Assembly: GCF_006345805.1 (NCBI RefSeq) | Contig: NC_043014.1 | Span: 43,152,001 to 43,216,000 of the forward strand | Direction of reading: 5' to 3' | Length of the DNA stretch: 64,000 nt | DNA from: Octopus sinensis | Lineage: Eukaryota | Shown: positions 40,729-52,874 of the stretch, one piece after another | How positions within the stretch are numbered: position 1 is the stretch's first letter | How the letters are laid out: the number at the start of each line of letters is the position of its first letter | Made by a program: the position numbers and the translations under genes | The notes under the pieces: generated by a model | Seen by the model: the letters and a program-made list of their open reading frames with translations, nothing else | The model's database searches: none | Told to the model about the DNA's origin: nothing

Positions 40729-41378
40729 AAGTTTCTTTATTGGCCACACAGGGCTGCACACAGATGGGACAAGTTACAAGGTAGAGCTTTTCTTTTGGGG
40801 GATGAAAAAAACAAAAAACAAAAGAAACAAAAAAAAAGGGGGATGGCGTAGGTTTTCGATCAAGAGGGATTGTAAAAGGGAAGAAAAGAACAAAAATAAA
40901 TAAATAAATAAAATAAAAAATTAAAAAATTAAAATAAAAAAAGAAAAGGAAAAGGGACAAAAGAAAAGAGAAATGAAAAAAAGAAGAAAAAAGGGGAAAA
41001 AAGGGGGAAGAGGGAAAAAAAACGATCAATAGGGATCGTGTATCACAGTGTTATGATATATGGTGTAAAGGGGAAAGCAAGTATGGTTTATCCATGGGAA
41101 GAAAAGCCTACGAAAAAGACCACGGTAACCTTGGTCAATATTGTTATATGTTACCACATTTGTTTGCAAGTGGGTAACCCTCTGTTATCAATTTCTGGGT
41201 TCATAGGATTATGCTCAAGGTGGCTTCATCATTCATACGTGCCATCCTTGCTACATTCACCCATCTTTTTTTAAAACATTCCCTAGACAAAACTTGCCTC
41301 TCTACTCTCACTTTCCTTTTCAAGTGGTACTTGAAGAAGTTGATGAGAGATTGACCAGAGTGGAAAGTGTTTGTCTCC
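40729..41378 (-). mobile_element. Tx1/L1-like LINE 3' end flanked by (GATA)n
   Basis: Minus frame [51 protein letters not shown] (stop 41201-41203), then a T-rich 3' UTR ending GTGGCCAATAAAGAAAC. Confidence 0.55.
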
Positions 41379-41394
41379 AATCCTTTAGATAGAT

Positions 41395-41429
<35 letters not shown>

Positions 41430-41525
41430 CAGACAGATAGATCGATAAATAGATAGATAGATGATAGATAGACAGATAGACAGATAGATCGATAGATAGA
41501 TAGATCGATAAATAGATAGATAGAC

Positions 41526-41585
<60 letters not shown>

Positions 41586-42299
41586 CGATAAATAGATAGA
41601 TAGATAGACAGATATAGATATAGATATAAAATATCGCTAAATGTTTCTTTTACTATTAAGTAAACACTTTCTGAAAAAAAGCAGGAAATTTAATTAGAAA
41701 TAATAAAAATGATGTTAAATTCAACTTCTGCAGTATGCAAAATTTTGCGACAGAAATAAAGTTCACCAATAGTAAAAATCTGAAAGAACCATTTACATGT
41801 AATTCCTTCCATTTACGCAACACTATTACTTCAGTAAATTGTTTGTTAAGTGCCTTTTTTAATCAATAGTTTATTTATTGTGCAAAAGTATTTCATTGTC
41901 GTCGTTGTCACCATCGTCATCGTCGTCATCATTATCATCAGCAGCAGCCGTTCAAGAATTTGGACCTGGAGATTTCCATTTCCAGCGACTTCGAGGGCCA
42001 CCTCCCAATGGTTTGGGCGTCAACGAAGAGCCCTCAATTCCAACATGACAACCAAAGTTTTTTTCTTTTTTTTCCAAGGTCTGGGGTCTCCCGCCCCTAA
42101 AGCCCTAGACTATCACCTAATCACCCTTACCCATCTTGTTGCTTAACAGCAACAACAACAACAACAGCAAAAAATCAGCAGCAGTACCATCATAGTTTTA
42201 GCCCCTTCTTTTCTGTGCCTGTGTGGGTCAGGCAAGAGTGTGCTGGGGCAGTGACTTTTATTTTTTATGGCTGGATGTCATTAATGTAAGATAACGTTT

Positions 42300-42583
42300 T
42301 CAGGCGACACCGACGAAGATATTAAGACGAGAATAAGTAAGGCAAGGACTGTTTTTCACCTGTTAAAGAAAGTACGGAACTCTTTACTCTTACTCTTTTA
42401 CTTGTTTCAGTCATTTGACTGCGGCCATGCTGGAGCACCACCTTTAGTCGAGCAAATCGACCCCGGGACTTATTCTTTTGTAAGCCCAGTACTTATTCTA
42501 TCGGTCTCTTTTGCCGAACCGCTAAGTGACAGGGACGTAAACACACCAGCATCGGTTGTCAAGCAATGCTAGGGGGACAAACA

Positions 42584-42620
<37 letters not shown>

Positions 42621-43295
42621 ACACACACATATATATATATACATATATACGACAGGCTTCTTTCAGTTTCCGTCTACCAAATCCACTCACAAGGCATTGG
42701 TCGGCCCGGGGCTATAGCAGAAGACACTTGCTCAAGATGCCACGCAGTGGGACTGAACCCGGAACCATGTGGCTGGTTAGCAAGCTACTTACCACACAGC
42801 CACTCCTGGCAAGTGTAATTTCAATAAAGAACAAAATAAGAATTTTTAACACTAACGTAAAAGAGGTGTTATTGTATGGGGCTGAGACATGGCGAACAAC
42901 AGTTTAGTCAAATAAGCGAAATACAATCATTCATCAACAGATGCTTGTGTAGTATACTTAAAATTAGATGGCCCGAACATATAAGGAATATGGAGCTATG
43001 GCAAAGAACAAATCAAGTTTCGATTAGGGAGGAAATATTTAAGAAAAAGTGGAAGTGGATTGGTAGCACAATTAGAAAAGAAACACCAAATGTAGCGAAA
43101 AGTGCTTTAAAGTGGAAACCGGTTGGATATAGAAGGAGAGGTAGGCCTAAGAAATCGTGGCGTAGATCAACACAAAAGGAACTAGAGAAAGGAGGACATT
43201 CATGGCAGAGTTTAAGTACAGAAGCGAAAAATTATGCGACATGGAATTTAACTAAAAGTGGCCTATACTCCGCGTTGGGGGGGTAAAGGCATAAA
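42300..43295 (+). mobile_element. RTE-clade LINE 3' fragment split by a SINE A insertion (42388-42808, minus strand)
   Basis: GDTDEDIKTRISKARTVFHLLKKVRNS | ISIKNKIRIFNTNVKEVLLYGAETW...FINRCL..IL.IRWP...KWKWIG...RRRGRPKKSWRR. Confidence 0.9.
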
Positions 43296-43914
43296 GAAAG
43301 AAGATGTCATTGATGTTGCCATCTGCTACCTGTTTCCAAGTGAGGTTATGATCTCCCAGTCTATCAAACAACAGACAGCCCAGACATGTTTTTGTGGTGG
43401 AAAGCAAGCAAATGATGCTGTTAGTAAAGCCATTGTTCTTTACAGCCAGTAAATGAATAGCATATAGACTTAAGAAATATAAACTCACTCTCACAAACAC
43501 GCACGTAGGCTTTCATACACTGACTCACACACATACACACCCACACTCACTCACACATATATACTAACATAAACTGGCATTAATTCCCAAAAATTTCGGG
43601 CCTTGTGCCTAGAGTAAAAAACAATAAATAAGGATTATATCTGAGTCACTAATCTGAATGCTCAAGGGTTAAAAATTTATTTTGCATTTTTTTTTTTTTT
43701 GGCATCATAAATCAAAATATCTGTTAAAATATTTTTAATCTCGAAATACTGTAAAAGAAAAGATTGAACAAGTTCATCAGTTAATATGCATCAAATATTG
43801 GCTATTCTTGTCATCATATATCAAAATGACTTGAGGGTGAATGACTAACAGCATTTCAACAAAAATGATATTCTTTTTTTTGTTTCAGTCATTTGACTGC
43901 GGTCATGCTGGAGT

Positions 43915-44981
43915 GACTGCGTAGTAAGTAGCTTTCTTACTAACCACATGGTTCCGGGTTCGGTCCCATTGCATGGCACCTTGGGCAAGTGTCTTCTACT
44001 ATAGCCTCAGGACAACCAAAGCGTTGTGAGTGGATTTGGTAGACAGAAACTAAAGGAAACCCATCATATATACATTACATACATATATATATATATATAT
44101 ATATAATATATGTATGTATGTATGTGTATGTATATGCTTGTGTGTCTGTCCCCCCAACATCACTTGACAACCAATGCTGGTGTGTTTACATCCCCATAAC
44201 TTAGCAGTTCGGCAAAAGAGACTGATAGAATAAGTACTAGGCTTACAAGCAATAAGTCCTGGGGTCGATTTGCTTGACTAAAAGTGACGCTCCAGCATGG
44301 CTGCATTCAAAATGACTGAAACAAGTAAAAGAGCTACAGGCCGTCAAAGCCTTGTGAGTGGATTTGGTAGATGGAAACTGAATGTAGCCTGTCGTATATA
44401 TGTATATATATATGTATGTGTGAGTGTGTGTGTGTGTATGTGTATGTGTGCGTGTGTGTGTGTGTGCATGTTTGTGTGTCTGTGTTTGTTCCCCCAACAT
44501 CGCTTGACAACCGATGCTAGTGTGTTTACGTCCCTGTAACTTAGCAGTTCGGTAAAAGAGACCAATAGAATATGTACAAGGCTTACAAAGAATAAGACCC
44601 AGGGTCGATTTGCTCGACTAAAGGCAGTGCTCCAGCATGGCTGCAGTCAAAATGACTGAAACAAGTAAAAGAGTAAAAGAGTAAGTTGACTTTACCTTTG
44701 ATAAAATAATTGAGCACTCTGATTGATGTAAATGATTAGCCCCTCCCCACAAAATTTCTGGCCTTAGTAAACAATAATATCTAGGTGCAGGAAATAAGTG
44801 CAGGTATTGTTGTGCATTGGTGCAGGTGTGGCTGTGTGATAAGAAGCTTGCTTCCCAACCATATTATTCTGGGTTCAGTCCCACTCCATGGTACCTTGGG
44901 CAAGTGTCTTTTACAGTAGCCCTGGGCTGACCAATACCTTATGAGTGGATTTGGAAGAAACTGAAAGAAGGCCATGGTATG

Positions 44982-44985
<4 letters not shown>
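43915..44985 (+). mobile_element. cluster of SINE family A copies
   Basis: Copies at ~43915-44335, ~44340-44682 (5' truncated) and a head at 44815-44985. Confidence 0.85.
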
Positions 44986-45030
<45 letters not shown>

Positions 45031-45041
<11 letters not shown>

Positions 45042-47277
45042 AAGGACAACTACTTAATAAGGAAAACTTAGCAAGAAATTGTCAGGTAGATAGCGTAAAA
45101 ACCTCATAAGAGAAAAAAATTTCGAAAATAATTATTTCTTATTGAACATATTAATTATATATAGAGGGCATAATTATACATACATGCCAGGAGGCATTAT
45201 ATATACTTGCCAAACGCTAAGAGGGACAATCAGTCACTTCTACCAAAATATTACTAATCCCACCGAATGCAACTTTTCAAAGTAAGACATTTAAAAATAT
45301 AGGCCTGTATCACAGTGATTTCATACTTACGTAATCATCAGCAGGCCTGAATGTATTATAAATAAACAACGACCCTGCCTCGCTTAAGCCGAACAGCTAA
45401 CTGATCAACATCAACGAAGCACATGGGTTTTTACGCTATCTACCTGACAATTTCTTGTTAAGTTTTCCTTATTAAGTAGTTGTCCTTAATTGCAAAATTT
45501 TTATTCCGAAAATACTTTTCCTCTCCGAAATGCAATTTTGTAAAAGTTGCCATTCACCCGGATGTAAATATATAAACTCACCCATGTGCTTCGTTGATGT
45601 TGATCAGTTAGCTGTTCGGCTTAGCGAGGCAGGGTCGTTGTTTATTTATAATACATTCAGGCCTGCTGATGATTACGTAAGTATGAAATCACTGTGATAC
45701 AGGCCTATATTTTTAAATGTCTTACTTGAAAAGTTGCATTCGGTGGATTAGTATATTTTTGGTAGAAATGACTGATTGTCCCTCTTAGCGTTTGGCAAGT
45801 ATATATAATGCCTCCTGGCATGTATGTATAATTATGCCCTCTATATATAAATTAATATGTTCAATAAGAAATAATATTTTCGAAATTTTTTCTCTTATGA
45901 GGTTTTTACGCTATCTACCTGACAATTTCTTGTTAAGTTTTCCTTATTAAGTAGTTGTCTTAATTGCAAAATTTTTATTCCGAAATATTTTCCTCTCCCG
46001 AAATGCAATTTTGTAAAAGTTTGCCATTCACCCGGATGTAATATATATAAACTCACCCATGTGCTTCGTTGATGTTGATCAGTTAGCTGTTCGGCTTAAG
46101 CGAGGCAGGGTCGTTGTTTATTTATAATACATTCAGGCCGCTGATGATTACGTAAGTATGAAATCACGTGATACAGGCCTATATTTTTAAATGTCTTACT
46201 TTGAAAAGTTGCATTCGGTGGGATTAGTAATATTTTTGGTAGAAATGACTGATTGTCCCTCTTAGCGTTTGGCAAGTATATATAATGCCTCCTGGCATGT
46301 ATGTATAATTATGCCCTCTATATATAAATTAATATGTTCAATAAGAAATAATTATTTTCGAAATTTTTTCTCTTATGAGGTTTTTACGCTATCTACCTGA
46401 CAATTTCTTGTTAAGTTTTCCTTATTAAGTAGTTGTCCTTAATTGCAAAATTTTTATTCCGAAAATACTTTTCCTCTCCCGAAATGCAATTTTGTAAAAG
46501 TTTGCCATTCACCCGGATGTAATATATATAACTCACCCATGTGCTTCGTTGATGTTGATCAGTTAGCTGTTCGGCTTAAGCGAGGCAGGGTCGTTGTTAT
46601 TTATAATACATTCAGGCCTGCTGATGATTACGTAAGTATGAAATCACTGTGATACAGGCCTATATTTTTAAATGTCTTACTTTGAAAAGTTGCATTCGTG
46701 GGATTAGTAATATTTTTGGTAGAAATGACTGATTGTCCCTCTTAGCATTTGGCAAGTATATATAATGCCTCCTGGCATGTATGTATAATTATGCTCTCTA
46801 TATATAAATTAATATGTTCAATAAGAAATAATTATTTTCGAAATTTTTTCTCTTATGAGGTTTGTACGCTATCTACCTGACAATTTCTTGTTAAGTTTTC
46901 CTATTAAGTAGTTGTCCTAATTGCAAAATTTTTATTCCGAAAATACTTTTCCTCTCCCGAAATGCAATTTTGTAAAAGTTTGCCATTCACCCGAGATGTA
47001 ATATATATAAACTCACTCATGTGCTTCGTTGTGTTGATCAGTTAGCTGTTCGGCTAAGCGAGGCAGGGTCGTTGTTATTTATAATACATTCAGGCCTGCT
47101 GATGATTACGTAAGTATGAAATCACTGTGATACAGCCTATATTTTTAAATGTCTTACTTTGAAAAGTTGCATTCGTGGGATTAGTAATATTTTTGGTAGA
47201 AATGACTGATTGTCCCTCTTAGCGTTTGGCAAGTAATATAATGCCTCTGGCATGTATGTATAATTATGCCCTCTAAT
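45031..47277 (+). mobile_element. ~480-bp tandem array (~3.9 direct units plus 0.8 inverted unit) of a hammerhead-bearing retrozyme/Penelope-pLTR-like repeat, between (TA)n tracts
   Basis: TACGCTATCTACC recurs with periods of 475, 478 and 480 bp from 45431; 45031-45427 is its reverse complement. Confidence 0.88.
45659..45706 (+). ncRNA. type I hammerhead ribozyme (also ~46134-46180, 46614-46661, 47092-47138; inverted copy 45301-45348)
   Basis: AGGCCUG-CUGAUGA-U-UAC(GUAA)GUA-U-GAAA-UCAC-U-GUGA-U-A^CAGGCCU: 7-bp helix I, canonical core, GNRA-capped helix II, near-palindromic helix III, AUA cleavage triplet. Confidence 0.85.
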
Positions 47278-47312
47278 ATAAATATATATATATATATATA
47301 ATATATATATAT

Positions 47313-47379
<67 letters not shown>

Positions 47380-47392
47380 ATATAAAGTACTA

Positions 47393-47825
47393 GGCGCAGG
47401 AGTGGATGGCTGTGTGGTAAGTAGCCTGTTTACCAGCCACATGGTTCCGGGTTCAGTCCCACTGCGTGGCACCTTGGGTATGTGTCTTTACTATAGCCTG
47501 GGCCGACCAATGCCTTGTGAGTAGAATTGGTAGACGGAAACTGAAAGAAGCCTATGTATATATGTATATGTATGTATATATATGTGTATGTATGTGCGTG
47601 TATATGTTTGTGTGTCTGTATTTGTCCCCCTAGCATTGCTTGACAACTGATGCTGGTGTGTTTACATCCCCGTCACTTAGTGGTTCGGCAAAAGAGACCG
47701 ATAGAATAAGTACTGGGTTTACAAAGAATAACTCCTGGGGTCGAGTTGCTCAATTAAAGGCGGTGCTCCAGCATGGCCGCAGTCAAATGACTGAAACTAG
47801 TAAAAGAGTAAAAGAGTAAGAGTAA
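47393..47825 (+). mobile_element. SINE family A
   Basis: Complete copy. Confidence 0.9.
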
Positions 47826-48059
47826 AGTAAATAAGTATTAAGGATGTCCAGGTATCAGTGTATTACGGCCGTTTCAAGGATCTCCATTTAATAGATCAAT
47901 GAAAACATTACATCAATTTGAAATAAACTGCTTATTTGCTTTTTATTCACCTAACTTCAAGCTGCACAGTTTATATTGAACTGGCTTGGTACTTCAATTT
48001 AAATAATTCAACTGAATCTTAATAATTTATATATATGTATATATACATACATATATAGT

Positions 48060-48252
48060 TAATCCAAACATGAAAACACAAAGAGAAAACACAATAATGC
48101 GAGGATGTGGAACAAATATAGTATTACTGGACGCTCAGGAAGGAAGGAAAGAAGGAGGGTTTAACGTTTCGAGCGGAGCTCTTCGTCAGAAACATAGGAA
48201 AAGGAAAGATCCAGAGAAGGGAAGACGGAGGGAAAAAAATCGCCAATGGTAT
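48060..48252 (-). mobile_element. solo Penelope pLTR-like repeat with minimal hammerhead (48159-48193), between (TA)n tracts
   Basis: Minus strand GUUU-CUGACGA-A-GAGC(ucc)GCUC-GAAA-CGUU-AAAC. Confidence 0.7.
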
Positions 48253-48288
48253 ATATAAGCTATATACATATATATGTATATATATATA

Positions 48289-48319
<31 letters not shown>

Positions 48320-48321
<2 letters not shown>

Positions 48322-49135
48322 CTTTGATACTTTGATACTTTGATAGGTTTCGGCCATTATTGCCCAGGCCATGTCTAACTTAATAGCACCACCTGGTGAA
48401 GTCTTTCAAGTCAGAATTTGGGCACTATGGCCCACTCAAGTAGAGAGTTATTGTTTACAGAGACATATCCGGGTGTAGGGGGTTTATCCGGGATTTCTTG
48501 AAGGAATCTGTCCAAAGACTTCTTGAACCCTATAGGGTCAGTTTCTGTTTTAATGTGTTTTGGTGTAATGTTAAAGAGAGCGGGGCCAATTGAGGTGAAA
48601 TAATTGTGCCGTATTGTTGTTATGAGATGAGAGTGCGATTTTTGTTTTGGGCGGATGGCACGGGGCCCAAGCCTTGGATGTACCTTAAAAGTGATGTCAA
48701 CATCATTTGGGCAATGCTGATGGAATATTTTCCACATCATGCAGATGATGTAGCGCTCACGACGACGTTGGAGAGAATAGAGTTTTAGCTTTTCTAGTCG
48801 ACCCCAATAGTCGAGGCCTGTCATGCCATCTATCTTTTTTGTGATTGCCCTTTGAGGTGCTTCAACTTTTATGATACCTTGTATTGTGTGGGGAGACCAC
48901 AGTGGACAACAGTATTCAAGGTGGGGTCGGGCAAAAGTGGAGAAGAGAAGGATAATGGTGTGGATATCTCTCGACTGGAAAGTTCTGAGAATCCAGGAAC
49001 ATATTCTGCGGGCCATGTCAACTTTGGTGTTTATATGAGTGGCCCAGCTTATGTTGTTGTCCACAATTACTCCAGGTCTCTGATGTTGTGGACGCCGCGA
49101 GAGTTTCACCTGAAGGAAGGGAGTATGGGAGTTTC
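48320..49135 (-). mobile_element. CR1-clade LINE, 5'-truncated ORF2 C-terminus
   Basis: 232-aa open frame (GVIVDNNISWATHI...RPHLEYCCPLWSP...LYSLQRRRER), ending in a (TATCAAAG)3 tandem tail at ~48320-48345. Confidence 0.92.
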
Positions 49136-49198
49136 AGGGCATCCTCTTTTCCAAAGTGGATTAGCTCAAATTTATCCTCGTTCAGCAGCATATTGTTT

Positions 49199-49241
<43 letters not shown>

Positions 49242-49393
49242 AGTAATTGAATGAATTATCTTATTAAGGATAATTTGAAAGATAACCGATACCTGGGTAG
49301 CAAATTCACATCAGAAAGAACACGGTTGAAGCTACATCCCTAGGGCATAGACTACGTGTCTTCGTGCGGAAATTTGTATGTTTATTTTAAAAT

Positions 49394-49661
49394 TATAAGT
49401 ATATGAAAGAATGGAGTTGAACGACTAGTTAACAAATATCCTTTATTCTCAACATATGTTTCGAAGGTTGCATATTCCTAATTCCAAAGGAATAAGGAGT
49501 ACATTATGCAGATTTCTCATCAGGAAATGTTCCTGATGAGAAATCTGCATAATGTACTCCTTATTCCTTTGGAATTAGGAATATGCAACCTTCGAAACAT
49601 ATGTCGAGAATAAAGGATATTGTTAACTAGTCGTTCAACTCCATTCTTTCATATACTTATA
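49394..49661. repeat. 268-bp near-perfect palindrome containing a hammerhead motif
   Basis: Arms 49394-49526 and 49530-49661 with a 3-nt spacer differ by one indel and one substitution. The right arm has CUGAUGA at 49533-49539 and GAAACAUAUGUC at 49594-49605. Confidence 0.9.
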
Positions 49662-49836
49662 TATATATATATATATATATATAGATAGATAGATATATAT
49701 ACTTATACACATATATAGATATACACATATATACATATATACATATATATATATATACAGGTTAGCGGATATTCTTAGAAATTTCACTACCAGTGGCCTA
49801 GCATGTATAAAAAGTCAATAGACAACATATTCTCAA

Positions 49837-49986
49837 TATAAAATAGTGTACATTTAAACACAAGAGAAAACTACCCTGTAACAGGCAATTTTTACATGCT
49901 AGAAGAAGCAGTCTGCTTCTTCTAGCATGTAAAAATTACCTGTAAAGGGTAGTTTTCTCTTGTGTTTAAATGTACACTGTTTTATA
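49837..49986. repeat. ~150-bp palindrome with a 1-nt spacer
   Basis: Centre CTAGAAGAAGCAG-T-CTGCTTCTTCTAG at 49912; arms ~75 bp with a few mismatches. Confidence 0.88.
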
Positions 49987-50954
49987 TATATATATATATA
50001 AATATATAGAATGGTGGTAAAACAATGCACCTATTTTCACTGGAAATAGCAGTTGATAATATACGACACTATAATAAAGCTTCACTGTATATATATTCTA
50101 GCAAAGATGTTTGTGGGTGGCGAACATAAAAAATTTCATCTTACTTGTAGGAAGAACATTAAATAAATGTACAACCCAGATGTATGTATATATATATACA
50201 CTCACACATACATATAAATACATGTGTGTGTGTCTGTGTTCCTGTTTTCGTACACCACCACTTGACAACCAATGTTGGTTTGTTTACATCTCCAGAACCT
50301 AGTGGTTTGGCAAACGTGACTGATAGAAGTACCAGACTTTTTTAAAATATGCGAAGTACCAAGGTCAGTTTGTTGAACTCAAAAAGAACTGTTCAAGGTT
50401 GTGCCCCAGCATGGCCACAGTCCAACGACTAAAACAGTCAACCAATAAAAGATTAAAGGCATAACATAATGGCTTTCTCTGATACCTTAGAAACATAATC
50501 TGAGGAGAAGTGGTTTGATTCCAAGAAGTAATACAGGACTGTTGAGAACTTTGATAAGTTTAGTAATTTTCTGTGTTGCCTGGCACCAGTCAAGCTAAAA
50601 ATACAGGCACCGCTGGGGCAGCACCATCTTATCGAAAAACATTACAGAAAGACATTCAACTTTTAGTAAATTTTTTTTTACCCATTTAATATTTCAGTAA
50701 TTAGAACCATTCAACCAATGATTATTTGCAGAGAAATAATGTAAAACCTGTTTTGTGTTTTAATAAATGCATTTTTTTTTTGATATTTTAATTTATTTTC
50801 AAGCTTTGTATTTTATATCCTCGGGCAAATGGCTGTTTTTTTTAAAAATATTAATTGTGTAAAGAAAAATGAAGTCTTTCATTCCCTTGTTTCTTTAAAG
50901 GCTGTATTTACCATCTTCAGCAAATTGAGAGGAAATAATGTTGTGTTTATTATG

Positions 50955-51290
50955 GGTGCATGGCTCAGTGGTTAGAGCATCGAGCTTACGATCGTGAGGT
51001 TGTGAGTTCGAATCCTGGACCGGGCTGCATGTTGTGTTTTTGAGCAAGACACTTTATTTCACGTCGCTCCAGTCCACTCAGCTGTAGAAATGAGTTGCGA
51101 CATCACAAGTGCCAAGCTGTATCGGTCCCTTTGCCTTTCCCTTGGATAACACTGGTGGCGTGGAGAGGGGAGGCCAGTATGCATGGGCGACTGCTGGTCT
51201 TCCATAAACAACCTTGCCCAGACTTGTGCCTGGAATGGTAACTTTCTAGGTGCAATCCAATGGTCATTCATGACTGAAGGGGGTCTTAGC
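50955..51290 (+). mobile_element. tRNA-headed SINE family D
   Basis: TGGCTCAGTGGTTAGAGC...GAGTTCGAATCC, then TTGAGCAAGACACTTTATTTCACG and a conserved body. A second copy is at 52875-53215. Confidence 0.8.
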
Positions 51291-51299
51291 AGCTCAGCA

Positions 51300-51710
51300 T
51301 TATGAAAGGACGAAAGACAAAACTGACCCCAACGGAATTTGAACTCAGAACATAGTGGCAGACAAAGCACCTCTAAGAATTTCATCTGAAATTTGGGGGA
51401 GAGGGCTAGTCGATTACATTGGCCCCAGTGCTCAACTGGTATTTATTTTATCGACCCTGAAAGGATGAAAGACAAAATTGACCTCAGCGGAGTTTGAACT
51501 CAGAACATAGTGGCAGACAAAGCACCTCTAAGTATTTCATCTGAAATTTAGGGGAGAGGGCTAGTCGATTACATTGGCCCCAGTGATCAACTGGTATTTA
51601 CTTTATCGACCCTGAAAGGATTAAATGACAAAACTGACCTCAGCGGAATTTGAACTCAAAACACCACTAAGCATTTCGCCCAGCGTGTTAATGATTCTGC
51701 CTGCTCGTTG
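51300..51710 (-). mobile_element. diverged SINE B-related copies with local tandem duplication
   Basis: TTTGAACTCAGAACATAGTGGCAGACAAAGCACCTCTAAG...ATCGACCCTGAAAGGAT is repeated. Confidence 0.7.
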
Positions 51711-52816
51711 CCTGAATGTCTCTGATTAATAATGATTTTTTGACACTTATTCATTTAAGCATGAATTTTTAATCCCTAACCCACACTCCTCAAACTTCAT
51801 TATTATACCTTAAAAATAACAAAAAAAAATTATTTGGACATTACAGATTCGGAATACAGACATACACAAAAAAATAGAGATTTGTGTAATTTTTTAAAAA
51901 TCAGAACCATATAAAGGTAAGGGGGTTTAACAGTTCCCTTTTGTTTTGTATTTTTGTTTCTTTTTTTAATATGTATGCATTTTTGAATCTATAAAATGCC
52001 CTTTGGGTTTTTGTTATTTTTGTATATATATAAATATATTTCATTTACATTTAAAGTGTGTAGATATTTTTTCATTTGCATTTATAATTAAAACATAACG
52101 AGTGATTTTTAATTTTTCAGAAAGTGAGACAATGCAATACTTAATGCTTTCAATATTTAATACTCGTTATGTTCGTTATTTTGATTACTAATAGAGCTAT
52201 TACATAATATTCATGCATTTTTTATTCATCTAATTAACCATCGTTGTCGCCATTATCATTATCATCATCATCATCATCATCACTGTTACCATCACCATTA
52301 TCATCACTGTTCTTACCATCATTATCATTATCATCATCCTCGTTACCATCATCATCATCCCCATCATCATAATCATCAGCATTATCATCATCATTACCAT
52401 CATCAGCATTCTGGTCATCGTTGCCATTATCGTCATCACCTACATCATCAGCATCATCGTCGTCATCATCGTCGTCATTGTCATCATCATCATCGTCATC
52501 GTCATTGTTGTCATCGTCATCATCTTCATTGTCGTCATCATCATTTTCATCATCGTCGCCATCATCACTTTAATGTCAACTTTTCTGTACTTGCATAGAT
52601 CAGGCGGAATTTTTGCTAAGACAAATTTTCCATGCTGGATGCTCTTCCAGTTGCCAACTCTTTACTTGTGTCCAAATAAGGTCATATTTCTCCGTGGTTC
52701 TTTATAGAAGATTGGAAGTGAAAGACCATACTGTTTGTACAGCAGTGGTGCTCCTTTTATGGCCATCATGTGATAAGTCAAGGAAACACACACACATGCG
52801 CACATGCATGCACACA

Positions 52817-52868
<52 letters not shown>

Positions 52869-52874
52869 CAGTGA

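Noticed and set aside
50955-51030. Functional tRNA gene
   Set aside because: A/B boxes are present but the acceptor and anticodon stems do not pair, and it continues into a SINE body repeated at 52875.
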